Position numbers and translations under genes: made by a program
Shown here: positions 37,051-46,697 of the stretch, in pieces
Layout of the letters: the number at the start of each line of letters is the position of its first letter
How positions within the stretch are numbered: position 1 is the first letter of the stretch
Assembly: GCA_964609125.1 (NCBI GenBank)
Contig: CAZSQX010000001.1
Location: forward strand, 54,459 to 118,458
DNA from: an uncultured bacterium
Lineage (GTDB): Bacteria > Eisenbacteria > RBG-16-71-46
Length of the DNA: 64,000 nt
Reading direction: 5' to 3'
Notes under the pieces: generated by a model
Seen by the model: only the letters and a program-made list of their open reading frames with translations
Told to the model about the DNA's origin: nothing
The model's database searches: none

Positions 37051-38625
37051 ATGAGCGGACGTCGGACAGGCCGCGGCGGGCCGGCCGACGCGGGCCGGCC
37101 GGCCCGCGAGCCCGGGGCGTCCGGCGTCGCGGCGAGGGGCGGAGCGGAGGCGGGCGCGGCGGGCACGCTCGCAGCCGTGCCCGGCGTCCTCCTCGCCGCG
37201 GCGCTGCTGCTGCTCGTCTCGCGCGCGGCACTGTGGCTGCTCCAGCCGCTCGCGAGCGAGGACGCGTACATCACGTTCCGCTACGCGCGCAGCCTGGTCG
37301 AGGGGCACGGGCTGGCCTACAACCCGGGCGAGCGCGTGATGGGCTTCACGTCTCTGCCCTGGACGCTCTGGTGCGCGCTCGGCCTGCTCGCCCGCGTGGA
37401 TCCCGTGGTGTGGACACGGGCGACCGGGCTCGCCGCCGACCTCGCCACGCTGTGGCTCGGCTGGCGCATGCTCGCCCCGGCCGCCGGGCGCGCGAGCGCC
37501 GGCGCGTTCGCGCTGTTCTTCGCGGGCTGGCCGCTGTTCGCGGCGGGCGCCGTCTCGGGCCTGGAGGTGAGCGCGCTCCTGGCGCTGCTGTTCGCGTCGG
37601 CGTGGTGGGTCAGCGGCGGCTCACGGCTCGCGGGGCCGGCGCTCGGGCTCCTGGCGCTCCTGCGTCCCGAGGGCCTCGTCGCGGCGCTCTTGCTCCTGCC
37701 CGCCGCCCGCTGGCCGGCGCGGCTCGTGGCGCTGGCCTTGGCGGGGCTCGGGCTCGCCGCGCTCGCGGCGCTCTACGGGACCCCGGTGCCCCAGAGCGTC
37801 CTCGCCAAGGCGGACCTCTACGGCACGCCCGGGCCGTGGGCGGGACGGCACTGGTGGGAGTGGCTGTCTCCGTTCCCGGTCGGGCGCTTCCCGGTGGCGG
37901 CCGAGGGCCAGCACCTGCTCCCGCTCGCGACCGTGTTCCTGGTCTCCGTCGTCCAGGGCGCGCGCACGCTCGCGCCGCAGTGGCGCTCGCCGGCCGCTCT
38001 GGCCGCGGCGGCCGGCGTCGTGGTGTGGCTCGTCTACGTCGCGCTCGGAGTGGCCTACTTCTGGTGGTACCTGGTCGTGCCGCTCGGCGCGCTCGGGCTC
38101 CTCGCCGCGGTCGGCTTCCCGCAGCTCGTGCGCGGCCGGGCGCTGCTCGCGGCCGCGGCGCTCGCGGTGCTCGGCGTGTGGACCGTCGCGATCCCGGTCT
38201 ACGTCGGGCGCGCGCAGGCGGAGGCCGCGGCGTTCGGGCCGGTGGCCGATCACCTCGCGGGCGCGGCGGCGCCCGGCGAGACGGTGCTGCTCGAGCCCAT
38301 CGGCCTCATCGGCTACCGGAGCGGCCTGCGCGTGCTGGACGAGAGCGGGCTCGTGAGCCCGGCGATCGCGGCACGCCGCCGCGAGGGCGCGGGCTGGTAC
38401 GCCGACGTGGTGGCGCGGGAGCGGCCCGAGTGGCTCGTGGTCCGCCCCGAGGTGCTCGAGCGCGGCGTCGCGTTCGCGGGGGCGGGCGCGCCGTTCCGCG
38501 CCACCGCGGAGCGGGACGCGCTGCTCGAGCGCTACCGGGTCGAGCGCCCGGCGCGGCCCGGGCTCGGCCAGGTGCTCGCGATCTACCGGCGGGTGCGGGA
38601 ACCGTCCGCGCCGGGGAGCCGCTGA
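37051..38625 (+). CDS. polytopic membrane protein with acidic first-loop motif (SEDAYITFRYARSL), putative GT-C-like glycosyltransferase/polymerase
   Basis: 524 aa. Many TM helices, then a C-terminal soluble domain. Clean ORF with SD. Confidence 0.6.
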   Translation: MSGRRTGRGGPADAGRPAREPGASGVAARGGAEAGAAGTLAAVPGVLLAAALLLLVSRAALWLLQPLASEDAYITFRYARSLVEGHGLAYNPGERVMGFTSLPWTLWCALGLLARVDPVVWTRATGLAADLATLWLGWRMLAPAAGRASAGAFALFFAGWPLFAAGAVSGLEVSALLALLFASAWWVSGGSRLAGPALGLLALLRPEGLVAALLLLPAARWPARLVALALAGLGLAALAALYGTPVPQSVLAKADLYGTPGPWAGRHWWEWLSPFPVGRFPVAAEGQHLLPLATVFLVSVVQGARTLAPQWRSPAALAAAAGVVVWLVYVALGVAYFWWYLVVPLGALGLLAAVGFPQLVRGRALLAAAALAVLGVWTVAIPVYVGRAQAEAAAFGPVADHLAGAAAPGETVLLEPIGLIGYRSGLRVLDESGLVSPAIAARRREGAGWYADVVARERPEWLVVRPEVLERGVAFAGAGAPFRATAERDALLERYRVERPARPGLGQVLAIYRRVREPSAPGSR

Positions 38626-38676
38626 CCGCCCCGCGCATGACGCGGCGGGCGGCCGTGTGCTAACCCTTGCGGCCTC

Positions 38677-39738
38677 ATGACGAGCCCGCAACCCGAGCGC
38701 GGAGCGCTCATCCTCGCCGGCGGCAGCGGCGAGCGCTTCTGGCCCTGGAGCACGCCGGCGCGGCCGAAGCAGCTGCTGCCGCTCGCGCCGGCCGGGCGCA
38801 CGCTGCTCGCCGCCACGTTCGCCCGCGCGACGCGCGTGGTGCCGCCGGCCGCGGTGGTGGTGATGACGTCGGCGGCGCTCGTCGAGGCGTGCCGGCGCGA
38901 GTGCCCGGGCGCGATCGTCGTGGGCGAGCCCGTGGGCCGCAACACGGCGCCCGCCATCGCCGCGGCGGCCGCGTTCTTCGCCGACGACACGGCGTTCGCG
39001 GTCATGCCGTCGGACCACGCCATCGAGCCGGAGGAAGCGTTCGTCGCCGACCTCGGCCGCGCGTTCGACCTGGCGCGGCGGGATCCGGTGCTGATGACGT
39101 TCGGGGTCCGGCCGACGGCCCCCGAGACGTCGTTCGGCTACCTCCGGCGCGGCGAGCGCCTGGCCGAGCGCCTGCACCGCGTGGCGCGGTTCACCGAGAA
39201 GCCCGACCTCGAACGCGCCGCGGCGTGGGCGGCGAGCGGCGAGTACCTGTGGAACAGCGGCATCTTCGTGTGGCGGAAGCGCGTGTTCCTGGACGCGCTC
39301 GCCGCCGGGCGCCCGGCGATCGCGGGCGCGCTCGCCGGGCTCTCGTTCGGCGCCGGCGAGGAGCGGGCGTTCGAGTCGGCGCTGGCCGCGCGCTTCCCGG
39401 CGATCGAGTCGGTGTCCGTGGATTACGCGGTGCTCGAGGTGGCCCCGAACGTGGTGCTGCTCGAGGCGTCGTTCGAGTGGGATGACCTCGGGAACTGGGG
39501 CGCGTGGGCCCGCCGCCAGCCGGCCGACGCGGCCGGGAACGTGCTGTGGGGCGAGGCCGTCCCGGTGGACTGCGAGCGCTGCGTCGTGGTCGGGGACGGC
39601 GCGCCCGCCGCGCCGCTCGGGCTTTCCGATATGGTGGTGGTGGCGACGCCGAACGGCACGCTGGTGTGCCGGCGGCAGGACACGGAGCAGGTGAGGCGGG
39701 TGGCCGACGCGGTGCGCGCGCGAAAGGCACGGACATGA
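38677..39738 (+). CDS. manC: mannose-1-phosphate guanylyltransferase (GDP-mannose pyrophosphorylase)
   Basis: ILAGGSGERFWPWSTPARPKQLLPL nucleotidyltransferase motif. Confidence 0.8.
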   Translation: MTSPQPERGALILAGGSGERFWPWSTPARPKQLLPLAPAGRTLLAATFARATRVVPPAAVVVMTSAALVEACRRECPGAIVVGEPVGRNTAPAIAAAAAFFADDTAFAVMPSDHAIEPEEAFVADLGRAFDLARRDPVLMTFGVRPTAPETSFGYLRRGERLAERLHRVARFTEKPDLERAAAWAASGEYLWNSGIFVWRKRVFLDALAAGRPAIAGALAGLSFGAGEERAFESALAARFPAIESVSVDYAVLEVAPNVVLLEASFEWDDLGNWGAWARRQPADAAGNVLWGEAVPVDCERCVVVGDGAPAAPLGLSDMVVVATPNGTLVCRRQDTEQVRRVADAVRARKART

Positions 39739-40691
39739 ACCGCACGCGGGAGGCGGGTCGGACGGAGCGCGGCGGATCGCGGCCGCGGCAGGACGACCGC
39801 AGGCAGGAGCGGGGCGCGCGAGAGGAACGCGGGGCCCGCGCGCTCCGCCTCGCCGTGCTCCTCGTCGCGGCGCTCGTCCCGGGCGCCGGCTGCGCGCCGA
39901 TGGCCTACCCGCCCGCGAGCCCGCCGGCGCCCGCAGCGCCGCGCCCGGCGGAGCCGGCGGGCGGGCCCGCTCCGACGCGCGCCGAGCCCGCGCCGCCGGT
40001 CGCGCGTGTGGACACGCTGCCCTCCCCGGAGGCCGAGCGGGTGCTCGCGACGATCCCCGACCCGCTCCCGGGGGCGGTCCGCCCGGGGGTCGCGCGCGAC
40101 AGCACGCGGCCTCGCCCGGTGGTGGCTCCCGAGGCCGGCTACGACACGCTCCGCGTCGAGCGCACGCCCGAGGACGCCGCCGCCGGCGTCCCGGTGCCGG
40201 CGCCCACGCGCGCGCTCGGCTCGCCCTCGCCGGTGGCCCCGGATCCCGCGGAGTCGCTCGCGGCCCGTCCGCCCGTGACGGCTCCCGCCGCGCCGGCCGT
40301 GGCGCCCCCGACGGGCGCCCCGCCCGCGTCGCCGCCAACGGGCGCCACCAGCCCGGCGCCGGGCCCGCCCGCCGGAGGAGCCCCGGCGGTCGGCGCGGGC
40401 GGGCCGTGCTGGCGCGTCCAGGTGGCGGCGCCGGCGACGCGCGAGGAGGCCGAGTCGCGGCACGCGGCCGCGCAGTCGCTGCTCCTCGTCGAGATGGTGA
40501 TCGAGCCCGAGAAGGGGCTCTTCAAGGTGCGCACGCGAAGCTGCCTCCCGCGCGAGGCGGCCTCGGCCGTCAAGCAGCGCGCGCTCGATTCGGGCTTCGA
40601 CGGGAGCTTCCTCGTGGACACGGCGGCGAAGCCCGCCGGGCCGCCCGCGAGTCCGCGGCGTCCGGCCCGCCGCTCCGGCGCGCGCCGATGA
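39735..40691 (+). CDS. SPOR-domain lipoprotein with long Pro/Ala-rich linker
   Basis: ATG at 39735 in ATGA overlap. Signal peptide with lipobox ...VPGAGC. The C-terminal ~75 aa (CWRVQVAAPATREEAE...GFDGSFLVD) look like a SPOR domain. Confidence 0.7.
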   Translation: MNRTREAGRTERGGSRPRQDDRRQERGAREERGARALRLAVLLVAALVPGAGCAPMAYPPASPPAPAAPRPAEPAGGPAPTRAEPAPPVARVDTLPSPEAERVLATIPDPLPGAVRPGVARDSTRPRPVVAPEAGYDTLRVERTPEDAAAGVPVPAPTRALGSPSPVAPDPAESLAARPPVTAPAAPAVAPPTGAPPASPPTGATSPAPGPPAGGAPAVGAGGPCWRVQVAAPATREEAESRHAAAQSLLLVEMVIEPEKGLFKVRTRSCLPREAASAVKQRALDSGFDGSFLVDTAAKPAGPPASPRRPARRSGARR

Positions 40692-41941
40692 GCCGCCGCC
40701 TCGTCCTCTACGAGGATCGTCACTGGCGGTCGCTCCGGCCGCTCACCGACCTGCTGCCCGTCCCGGCGCTCGCGTTCGGGGCCTCGGACCTGGCCCGGCG
40801 CTGGCTCGCCGCGACCGGGCTGCCGCTCGCCGCCATCGAGGCGCGCGCCGGGGCGATGGCGGGCTGGATGGCCGCGCCGCCGCGCGAGGGCGTGGCGCCC
40901 GGGCCCGAGGACGAGGCCGTGGTCGTGAACGCCGCGGCGCTCCCCGGCGTTTGGGTCGCCGCGGCGCTCGACTCGCGCGCGCCCGCGCTCTGGCTCGGCG
41001 ACGGCCGAGTGGCCGGCGCCCGGCTGCCGCTCGCCTCGCTCCGCGGCGGACTCGGCCGCGGCGAGGACTTCGAGACCGTGCTGCTCGGGCTCGGGCTCCC
41101 GGCGCTGCCGGTGGAATCCCGTTTCATCACCTGGCCGTGGGAACTCATGGCGTGGAACGCGGACGCCATCTTTGAGGACCTCGCCGGACTGCCGCCCGCG
41201 ACGGGCGGCGCCATCCACCGGCTGGCGTGCCTCGAGGCGCCGGAGCGCATCCGCGTGGAGGATGGCGCGTCGGTCGGGCCTTACGCGGTGCTGGACGCCA
41301 CCACGGGGCCCATCCTCGTCGCGCGCGGCGCGCGCATCGAGCCGCACACGCTGGTGCGCGGGCCGTGCGTCGTGGGCGAGGGCACGCAACTCCTGGGAGG
41401 CGCCGTCTCGGGGACCACTTTCGGGCCCGAGTGCCGGGTCGCCGGCGAGGTGGAGTCGAGCGTGTGGCAGGGCCACGCCAACAAGCGCCACCACGGCTTC
41501 GTCGGCCACAGCGTGCTCGGCGAGTGGGTGAACCTCGGCGCGCTCACCACCACCAGCGACCTCAAGAACAACTACGGCAGCGTGCGGGTGTGGGTGGATG
41601 GCCGCGGCGTGGACTCCCGCTCGCCCAAGGTGGGCGCGTTCGTGGGCGCGCACGTGAAGACCGGGATCGGCACGCTGCTGCCCACCGGCGCCTCGGTCGG
41701 GACCGCGGCGAACCTGTTCGGGGGCGGCCGGTTCGCGCCCAAGGCCGTCGCCGCGTTCGCGTGGTGGGACGGGGAGGGCACCGAGGAGCACGAGCTCGAG
41801 CGCTGCCTCGCCACCGCCCGCGTCGCGATGTCCCGGCGCGCTCGTACGCTCGCGCCGGGAGCCGAGGCCGCGCTGCGCGCGCTCCACTCGGCCACCGCGG
41901 CCGAGCGGCGGGCGCTCGCCGGCACGGCTGGCGGCGCGTGA
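40688..41941 (+). CDS. putative sugar nucleotidyltransferase with left-handed beta-helix (hexapeptide-repeat) domain
   Basis: ATG at 40688 in ATGA overlap. The C-terminal half is rich in hexapeptide-like repeats (VGEGTQLLGGAVSG..., VGHSVLGEWVNLGA...). Confidence 0.6.
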   Translation: MSRRLVLYEDRHWRSLRPLTDLLPVPALAFGASDLARRWLAATGLPLAAIEARAGAMAGWMAAPPREGVAPGPEDEAVVVNAAALPGVWVAAALDSRAPALWLGDGRVAGARLPLASLRGGLGRGEDFETVLLGLGLPALPVESRFITWPWELMAWNADAIFEDLAGLPPATGGAIHRLACLEAPERIRVEDGASVGPYAVLDATTGPILVARGARIEPHTLVRGPCVVGEGTQLLGGAVSGTTFGPECRVAGEVESSVWQGHANKRHHGFVGHSVLGEWVNLGALTTTSDLKNNYGSVRVWVDGRGVDSRSPKVGAFVGAHVKTGIGTLLPTGASVGTAANLFGGGRFAPKAVAAFAWWDGEGTEEHELERCLATARVAMSRRARTLAPGAEAALRALHSATAAERRALAGTAGGA

Positions 41942-42006
41942 TTCGTTCGGGCTAGACTTCCGCGGTTTGCGCTCCGCCGCACGTTCGCTCCACGCCGAGG
42001 AACCCG

Positions 42007-43017
42007 ATGCCCGAACTGCGCAAGGATCCCGTCGTCGGCCGCTGGGTGATCATCTCCACCGAGCGGAGCCGCCGCCCCGGGCACTTCACGCCCGAGCCCG
42101 CGAACGGCGACCAGGCGCAGTCCCCGTTCGTGAGCGGGCGCGAGGAGATGACCCCGCCCGAGGTGTTCGCGGTGCGCCCCGCCGGCGGCCGCGACGGGCC
42201 CGGCTGGAGCGTGCGGGTGGTGCCGAACAAGTTCCCGGCGCTCGAGATCGAGGGCTCGCTCGACCGCCGCGGCGAGGGGCTTTACGACAAGATGAACGGC
42301 GTCGGCGCGCACGAGGTGGTGATCGAGACGCCGGACGCTCAGACCCAGCTCGCCGACCTGCCGGTGGAGCAGATCCGCCACGTCCTCGTGGCCTGGCGCG
42401 AGCGCATGCGCGACCTCCGCAACGACCCGCGGCTCCGCTACGCGCTCGTGTTCAAGAACCACGGCGCCGGCGCCGGCGCCACGATCGTGCATTCCCACAG
42501 CCAGATCATCGCCACGCCGATCATCCCGCGCATGGTGCAGGAGGAGCTGGACGGCGCGCGCCGGTACTTCGAGCTCAAGGAACGCCCGGTGTTCTCGGAC
42601 ATCATCGACCAGGAGACCGGGGACGGGCAGGGCCGCCGCGTGGTGGCTCGCACCGAGCGCTACATCGCGCTCGCGCCGTTCGCGCCGCGCTTCCCGTTCG
42701 AGACCTGGATCCTGCCCATGGCGCGTCGCGCCGCCTACCACACGATCGACGACGAGGGCGAGATGCACGAGCTGGCCGGCGTCCTCAAGGACACGCTCGG
42801 CCGCCTGAACGCGGCGCTCGACACTCCGCCGTACAACCTGGTGCTGCACACGGCGCCGCTCGCCGAGCCGGACGTGCCCTACTACCACTGGCACCTCGAA
42901 ATCATGCCGAAGCTGACGCGCGTCGCCGGTTTCGAGATCGGCTCGGGCTTCTACATCAACCCGACGCCCCCCGAGGACGCCGCCCAGTACCTGCGCGACG
43001 TGGGCGTCCGGGCCTGA
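42007..43017 (+). CDS. galT: galactose-1-phosphate uridylyltransferase
   Basis: HSHSQII active-site histidines. KFPALE. C-terminal YHWHLEIMP. Confidence 0.85.
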   Translation: MPELRKDPVVGRWVIISTERSRRPGHFTPEPANGDQAQSPFVSGREEMTPPEVFAVRPAGGRDGPGWSVRVVPNKFPALEIEGSLDRRGEGLYDKMNGVGAHEVVIETPDAQTQLADLPVEQIRHVLVAWRERMRDLRNDPRLRYALVFKNHGAGAGATIVHSHSQIIATPIIPRMVQEELDGARRYFELKERPVFSDIIDQETGDGQGRRVVARTERYIALAPFAPRFPFETWILPMARRAAYHTIDDEGEMHELAGVLKDTLGRLNAALDTPPYNLVLHTAPLAEPDVPYYHWHLEIMPKLTRVAGFEIGSGFYINPTPPEDAAQYLRDVGVRA

Positions 43018-43030
43018 ACCGCGTCGCGAC

Positions 43031-44563
43031 ATGACCGCGCGGTTCTCCGTGGTGCACCTGGCGAGCGAGATGGCGCCGTTCGCCAAGGTCGGCGGCCTGG
43101 GCGACGTCGTCGCCGCGCTGGCGGCCGAACAGGCGCGCCGCGGGCACCGGGTGGTGGTGGCGCTGCCGCACTGGCGCGACCTGACGCTGCCCGCGCGCTG
43201 GAGCCTCACCGAGCTCTCCGGCACGCGCGTGCCGTGGGGCATGGGTCACGAGCCGGCGCGCTTCACCATGGCCGAGGGGCCGGACGACCAGCCGAGCGTG
43301 CTGCTCGTGGACCACGCCGGCGACCGCCGCTTCTTCCACCGGCCCGGCCTCTACGACGATCCGCTCACGCACGAGGGCTACCCGGACAACCCCGAGCGCT
43401 TCCTGTTCTTCACCCGGGCCGCGCTCGAGGCCCTGAAGGCCTTCGGCGAGCACTTCGACGTCGTGCACGCGCACGACCAGCAGGCCGCCTGGGCGCCGTG
43501 CTTCGTGCGCACGCACGACGCCGAGGAGTCGGCGTGGGACGGGACCGCGACCGTGTTCACCATCCACAACCTGGGCTACCAGGGGATCGTGGACCCGTGG
43601 GTGCTGGGCCTGGCCGGGTTCCCGCGCGCGAGCTTCTTCCCGCAGAGCCCGTTCGAGTACCACGGCCGCGTCAACTTCATGAAGGTCGGGATCCTGTTTG
43701 CCGACCTCGTTTCGACCGTGAGCCCGACCTACGCGCGCGAGATCCAGGCGGGCGGCGAGCACGGCCACGGCCTGGAGGGCGTGCTGCGCCGACGAACAGG
43801 CGACGTGCGCGGGATCCTGAACGGGATCGACGTACGGGAGTGGGATCCGGCCACCGACCGCTGGCTGCCCGCCCGGTACGACCGCGACCATCTCGAAGGC
43901 AAGCGGGCCTGCAGGCACGCGCTGGCGCTCGAGTGCGGTTTCCCGCTCGACCCCGACTGGCCGGTCGTCGGGCTCATCGGCCGGCTCGCGGAGCAGAAGG
44001 GCTGGGACCTGCTCGAGGCGGGCGAGCGCGCGCTGTGCGACCTGCCGGCGCGCTTCGCCGTGCTCGGCATGGGCGCGCCGCGCTACGTCGAGTTCCTGCG
44101 CCGCCTGGCCGACGAGCGGCCGTGGCAGTGGCGGTTCGAGGCCGCACAGGACGAGGGCCTCGCGCACCGCATCGAGGCCGGCGCCGATCTGTTCCTGATG
44201 CCGTCGCGCTACGAGCCGTGCGGGCTCAACCAGATGTACTCGCTCCGCTACGGCACCGTGCCGGTGGTGCGTGCGACCGGCGGTCTGGCCGACACGGTGC
44301 GCGAGTTCGACCCCGTGAGCCGCGAGGGCAACGGGTTCGTGTTCGCGGGTTTCTCCGCCGACGAGATGGTGATGGCGCTGCGGCGCGCGCTGGCCGCGTG
44401 GGGCGAGCCCGAGTTGTGGCGCGCGCTGCAGCGGAACGGGATGGCGCGCGATTCGAGCTGGCGGGTCGCTGCGGACGGCTACGACCGGCTCTACGCCGAG
44501 GCGCTGCAGCGCGTGGTGTCGGGCCGCGTGCCCACCCTGGAGAGCGTGCGCGACACGTTCTGA
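43031..44563 (+). CDS. glgA: glycogen synthase (ADP-glucose type)
   Basis: N-terminal KVGGLGDVV motif. GT5-type C-terminus. 510 aa. Confidence 0.85.
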   Translation: MTARFSVVHLASEMAPFAKVGGLGDVVAALAAEQARRGHRVVVALPHWRDLTLPARWSLTELSGTRVPWGMGHEPARFTMAEGPDDQPSVLLVDHAGDRRFFHRPGLYDDPLTHEGYPDNPERFLFFTRAALEALKAFGEHFDVVHAHDQQAAWAPCFVRTHDAEESAWDGTATVFTIHNLGYQGIVDPWVLGLAGFPRASFFPQSPFEYHGRVNFMKVGILFADLVSTVSPTYAREIQAGGEHGHGLEGVLRRRTGDVRGILNGIDVREWDPATDRWLPARYDRDHLEGKRACRHALALECGFPLDPDWPVVGLIGRLAEQKGWDLLEAGERALCDLPARFAVLGMGAPRYVEFLRRLADERPWQWRFEAAQDEGLAHRIEAGADLFLMPSRYEPCGLNQMYSLRYGTVPVVRATGGLADTVREFDPVSREGNGFVFAGFSADEMVMALRRALAAWGEPELWRALQRNGMARDSSWRVAADGYDRLYAEALQRVVSGRVPTLESVRDTF

Positions 44564-44588
44564 GCCGCGCCCGGCGGCGAGGCCGGCG

Positions 44589-45791
44589 TCAACCCTCGAG
44601 AAACGCGGCGTGGAGCGCGCGGACCGCGTCGGCGGCGCGGGGGTCGTCCACGCGGAAGACGAGCGCGGACGGCGTCACCCGGAGCGCCACCATCGGCACG
44701 CCCGCCTGCTCGAGCGCGCGCTCGGCGCGCACGGCCTCCGCCACGCCGAGCCCGAGGCCCACGAGCGACACGAACGCCGCGCCGTGCACGGCCTCCAGCC
44801 GCCACTCGCCGCCCGGACCCCGCACCTCGCGGAAGCGCGCGCGCAGCGATTCCACGTCGTCCTTCCCGCCGAGCCAGACGAGCGCGCCGTGGGCCTCGCT
44901 GGCCTGCTCGTGCGCCACCAGCTCGAGCGCGGGGAACTCGGCGGCCACCGCCTCCAGGATGCCGCGCGCCTCGCCCCTGCCGCCGGCGTTTCCCTCGGCG
45001 ATCGCGAGCGAGACCCCGGCGCGGTGCGTCACGGCTTCGACCCTCGGACCTTCCACGTCGTCCTCCCCGATCTCGGTGCCGGGCGCGTCGCGGAACGACG
45101 AGCGCACGGCCAGCGGCACGCGCTCGCGCGCGGCCAGGTCCACGCAACGCGCGTGCAGCACGCGCCCGCCCAGGTGGGCGAGCGCCGAGCACGCACGATA
45201 GCCCAGGCGCGGCACGAGCCGCGCATGCGGCGCGATCCGCGGATCGGCGGTGAACACGCCGTCCACGTCGGTGAAGATCTCGCAGCGCGCCCGGCCGAGC
45301 GCCGCGGCGAGCGCCACCGCGGTCGTGTCGCTTCCGCCGCGGCCGAGCGTGGTGATCTCGCGGGTCACGGGCGAGACGCCCTGGAACCCGGCCACGATCA
45401 CCACCCGGCCCTCCGCCAGCGCGGCGCGGATGCGGTCCGGCTTCACCCCCACGATGCGCGCGTTCGAATGCGCCTCGTCGGTGAGGATGCCGCTCTGCGA
45501 GCCCGTGAACGAGATCGCCCGCACGTCCAGGTCGTGAAGCGCCATCGCCAGCAGCGCCATGGAGACGCGCTCGCCGGTCGTGAGCAGCATGTCGAGCTCG
45601 CGTCGGCTGGGCGAGGGCGAGACGCGGTGGGCGAGCGCGATCAGCTCGTCCGTCGTGTCGCCCATGGCGCTCACGACCACCACCATCTCGTGACCCAGCG
45701 CGCGGGCGGCGGCGATGCGCCGCGCCACGGCTCGGATGCGATCGGGGCCGTTCACCGACGTGCCGCCGTACTTGTGGACGAGGACGCTCAC
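44589..45791 (-). CDS. lysC: aspartate kinase
   Basis: In-frame GTG at 45791 gives [13 protein letters not shown] (the KFGGTSV motif). ACT-like C-terminal region. Confidence 0.8.
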   Translation of the reverse strand: MSVLVHKYGGTSVNGPDRIRAVARRIAAARALGHEMVVVVSAMGDTTDELIALAHRVSPSPSRRELDMLLTTGERVSMALLAMALHDLDVRAISFTGSQSGILTDEAHSNARIVGVKPDRIRAALAEGRVVIVAGFQGVSPVTREITTLGRGGSDTTAVALAAALGRARCEIFTDVDGVFTADPRIAPHARLVPRLGYRACSALAHLGGRVLHARCVDLAARERVPLAVRSSFRDAPGTEIGEDDVEGPRVEAVTHRAGVSLAIAEGNAGGRGEARGILEAVAAEFPALELVAHEQASEAHGALVWLGGKDDVESLRARFREVRGPGGEWRLEAVHGAAFVSLVGLGLGVAEAVRAERALEQAGVPMVALRVTPSALVFRVDDPRAADAVRALHAAFLEG

Positions 45792-45940
45792 GCGCGGAGG
45801 GATAGTCGCTCGCGGGCGGAGCCGCAAGCGCGCGCCGCCGGGTCCCGCCGCGTGCGGGAGCCCCGCGCGAGCTCGCCGCATCGTCGTGGCGCTCTTGACG
45901 CTCCCGGGGGAGCGGCGTATGGTCCCCGCCGCTCTTGCAC

Positions 45941-46017
45941 GCGGAAGTAGCTCAGCCCGGTAGAGCATCACCTTGCCAAGGTGAGGGTCGCGGGTTCGAA
46001 TCCCGTCTTCCGCTCCA
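45941..46017 (+). tRNA. tRNA-Gly: tRNA-Gly (anticodon GCC)
   Basis: A cloverleaf can be drawn by hand. Acceptor GCGGAAG/CTTCCGC. D stem GCTC/GAGC. Anticodon stem TCACC/GGTGA with loop TTGCCAA. T loop TTCGAAT. Discriminator T, then CCA. Confidence 0.85.
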
Positions 46018-46066
46018 TGTGGACGGGCCGGCTCCCTGCCGGCCCGTGCTGCTTCCGGGGGTCCTC

Positions 46067-46690
46067 ATGCGCAAGCCCGCCCGAGCCGGACCCGCCGCCC
46101 GAGCGGCGGGCGCCCCCCGCGCGGCCGCGCCGGGCGCGTTCGACGGCGCCGCCGTCGAGCGCGCGATCGCCGAGCTGATCCTGGCGCTCGGCCTGGACCC
46201 CGCCGGGGAGGCCGAGCTCGCGCGGACCCCCGCGCGGGTCGCCGACTTCTACCGCGAGGCGCTGTCCGGGCTCGATCCCGGCCGCGACCCGGACCTGGTG
46301 ACGTTCCCGAACGAGGGCCGGGACGACCTGGTGATCGTGCGCGACCTCCCGTTCCACTCGCTGTGCGTACACCATTTCGCGCCGTTCTTCGGGCGCGCGC
46401 TCGTGGCGTACCTGCCCGCGGAGAAGCTGGTGGGGATCAGCGCCCCGGCGCGGCTGCTGGAGACGTACTCGCACCGGCCCCAGCTCCAGGAGCGGCTCGG
46501 CGGGCAGGTCGCCGACCACCTCGAGCGCCTGCTCGCGCCCCGCGGCGTGGCGGTCGTGCTCGAGGCCCGCCACCTGTGCATGGAGATGCGCGGCGTGCGC
46601 CGGCGCGGCGTGGTGGAGACCCGGGCGGTGCGCGGCGAGCTCGCCGACCCGCGCTGGGCGGATACGCTCCGCCTGCCGCCCGAGCGCTGA
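46067..46690 (+). CDS. folE: GTP cyclohydrolase I
   Basis: ATG at 46067 inside ORF 45935..46690. Motif HSLCVHHFAPFFG (the CEHH-type zinc site, here CVHH) and VVLEARHLCMEMRG. Confidence 0.85.
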   Translation: MRKPARAGPAARAAGAPRAAAPGAFDGAAVERAIAELILALGLDPAGEAELARTPARVADFYREALSGLDPGRDPDLVTFPNEGRDDLVIVRDLPFHSLCVHHFAPFFGRALVAYLPAEKLVGISAPARLLETYSHRPQLQERLGGQVADHLERLLAPRGVAVVLEARHLCMEMRGVRRRGVVETRAVRGELADPRWADTLRLPPER

Positions 46691-46697
46691 CCGGCCC

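Noticed and set aside
44564-44588. Possible terminator hairpin between convergent glgA and lysC.
   Set aside because: Only a 3-4-bp stem (gccg/cggc) can be drawn, too weak to call.
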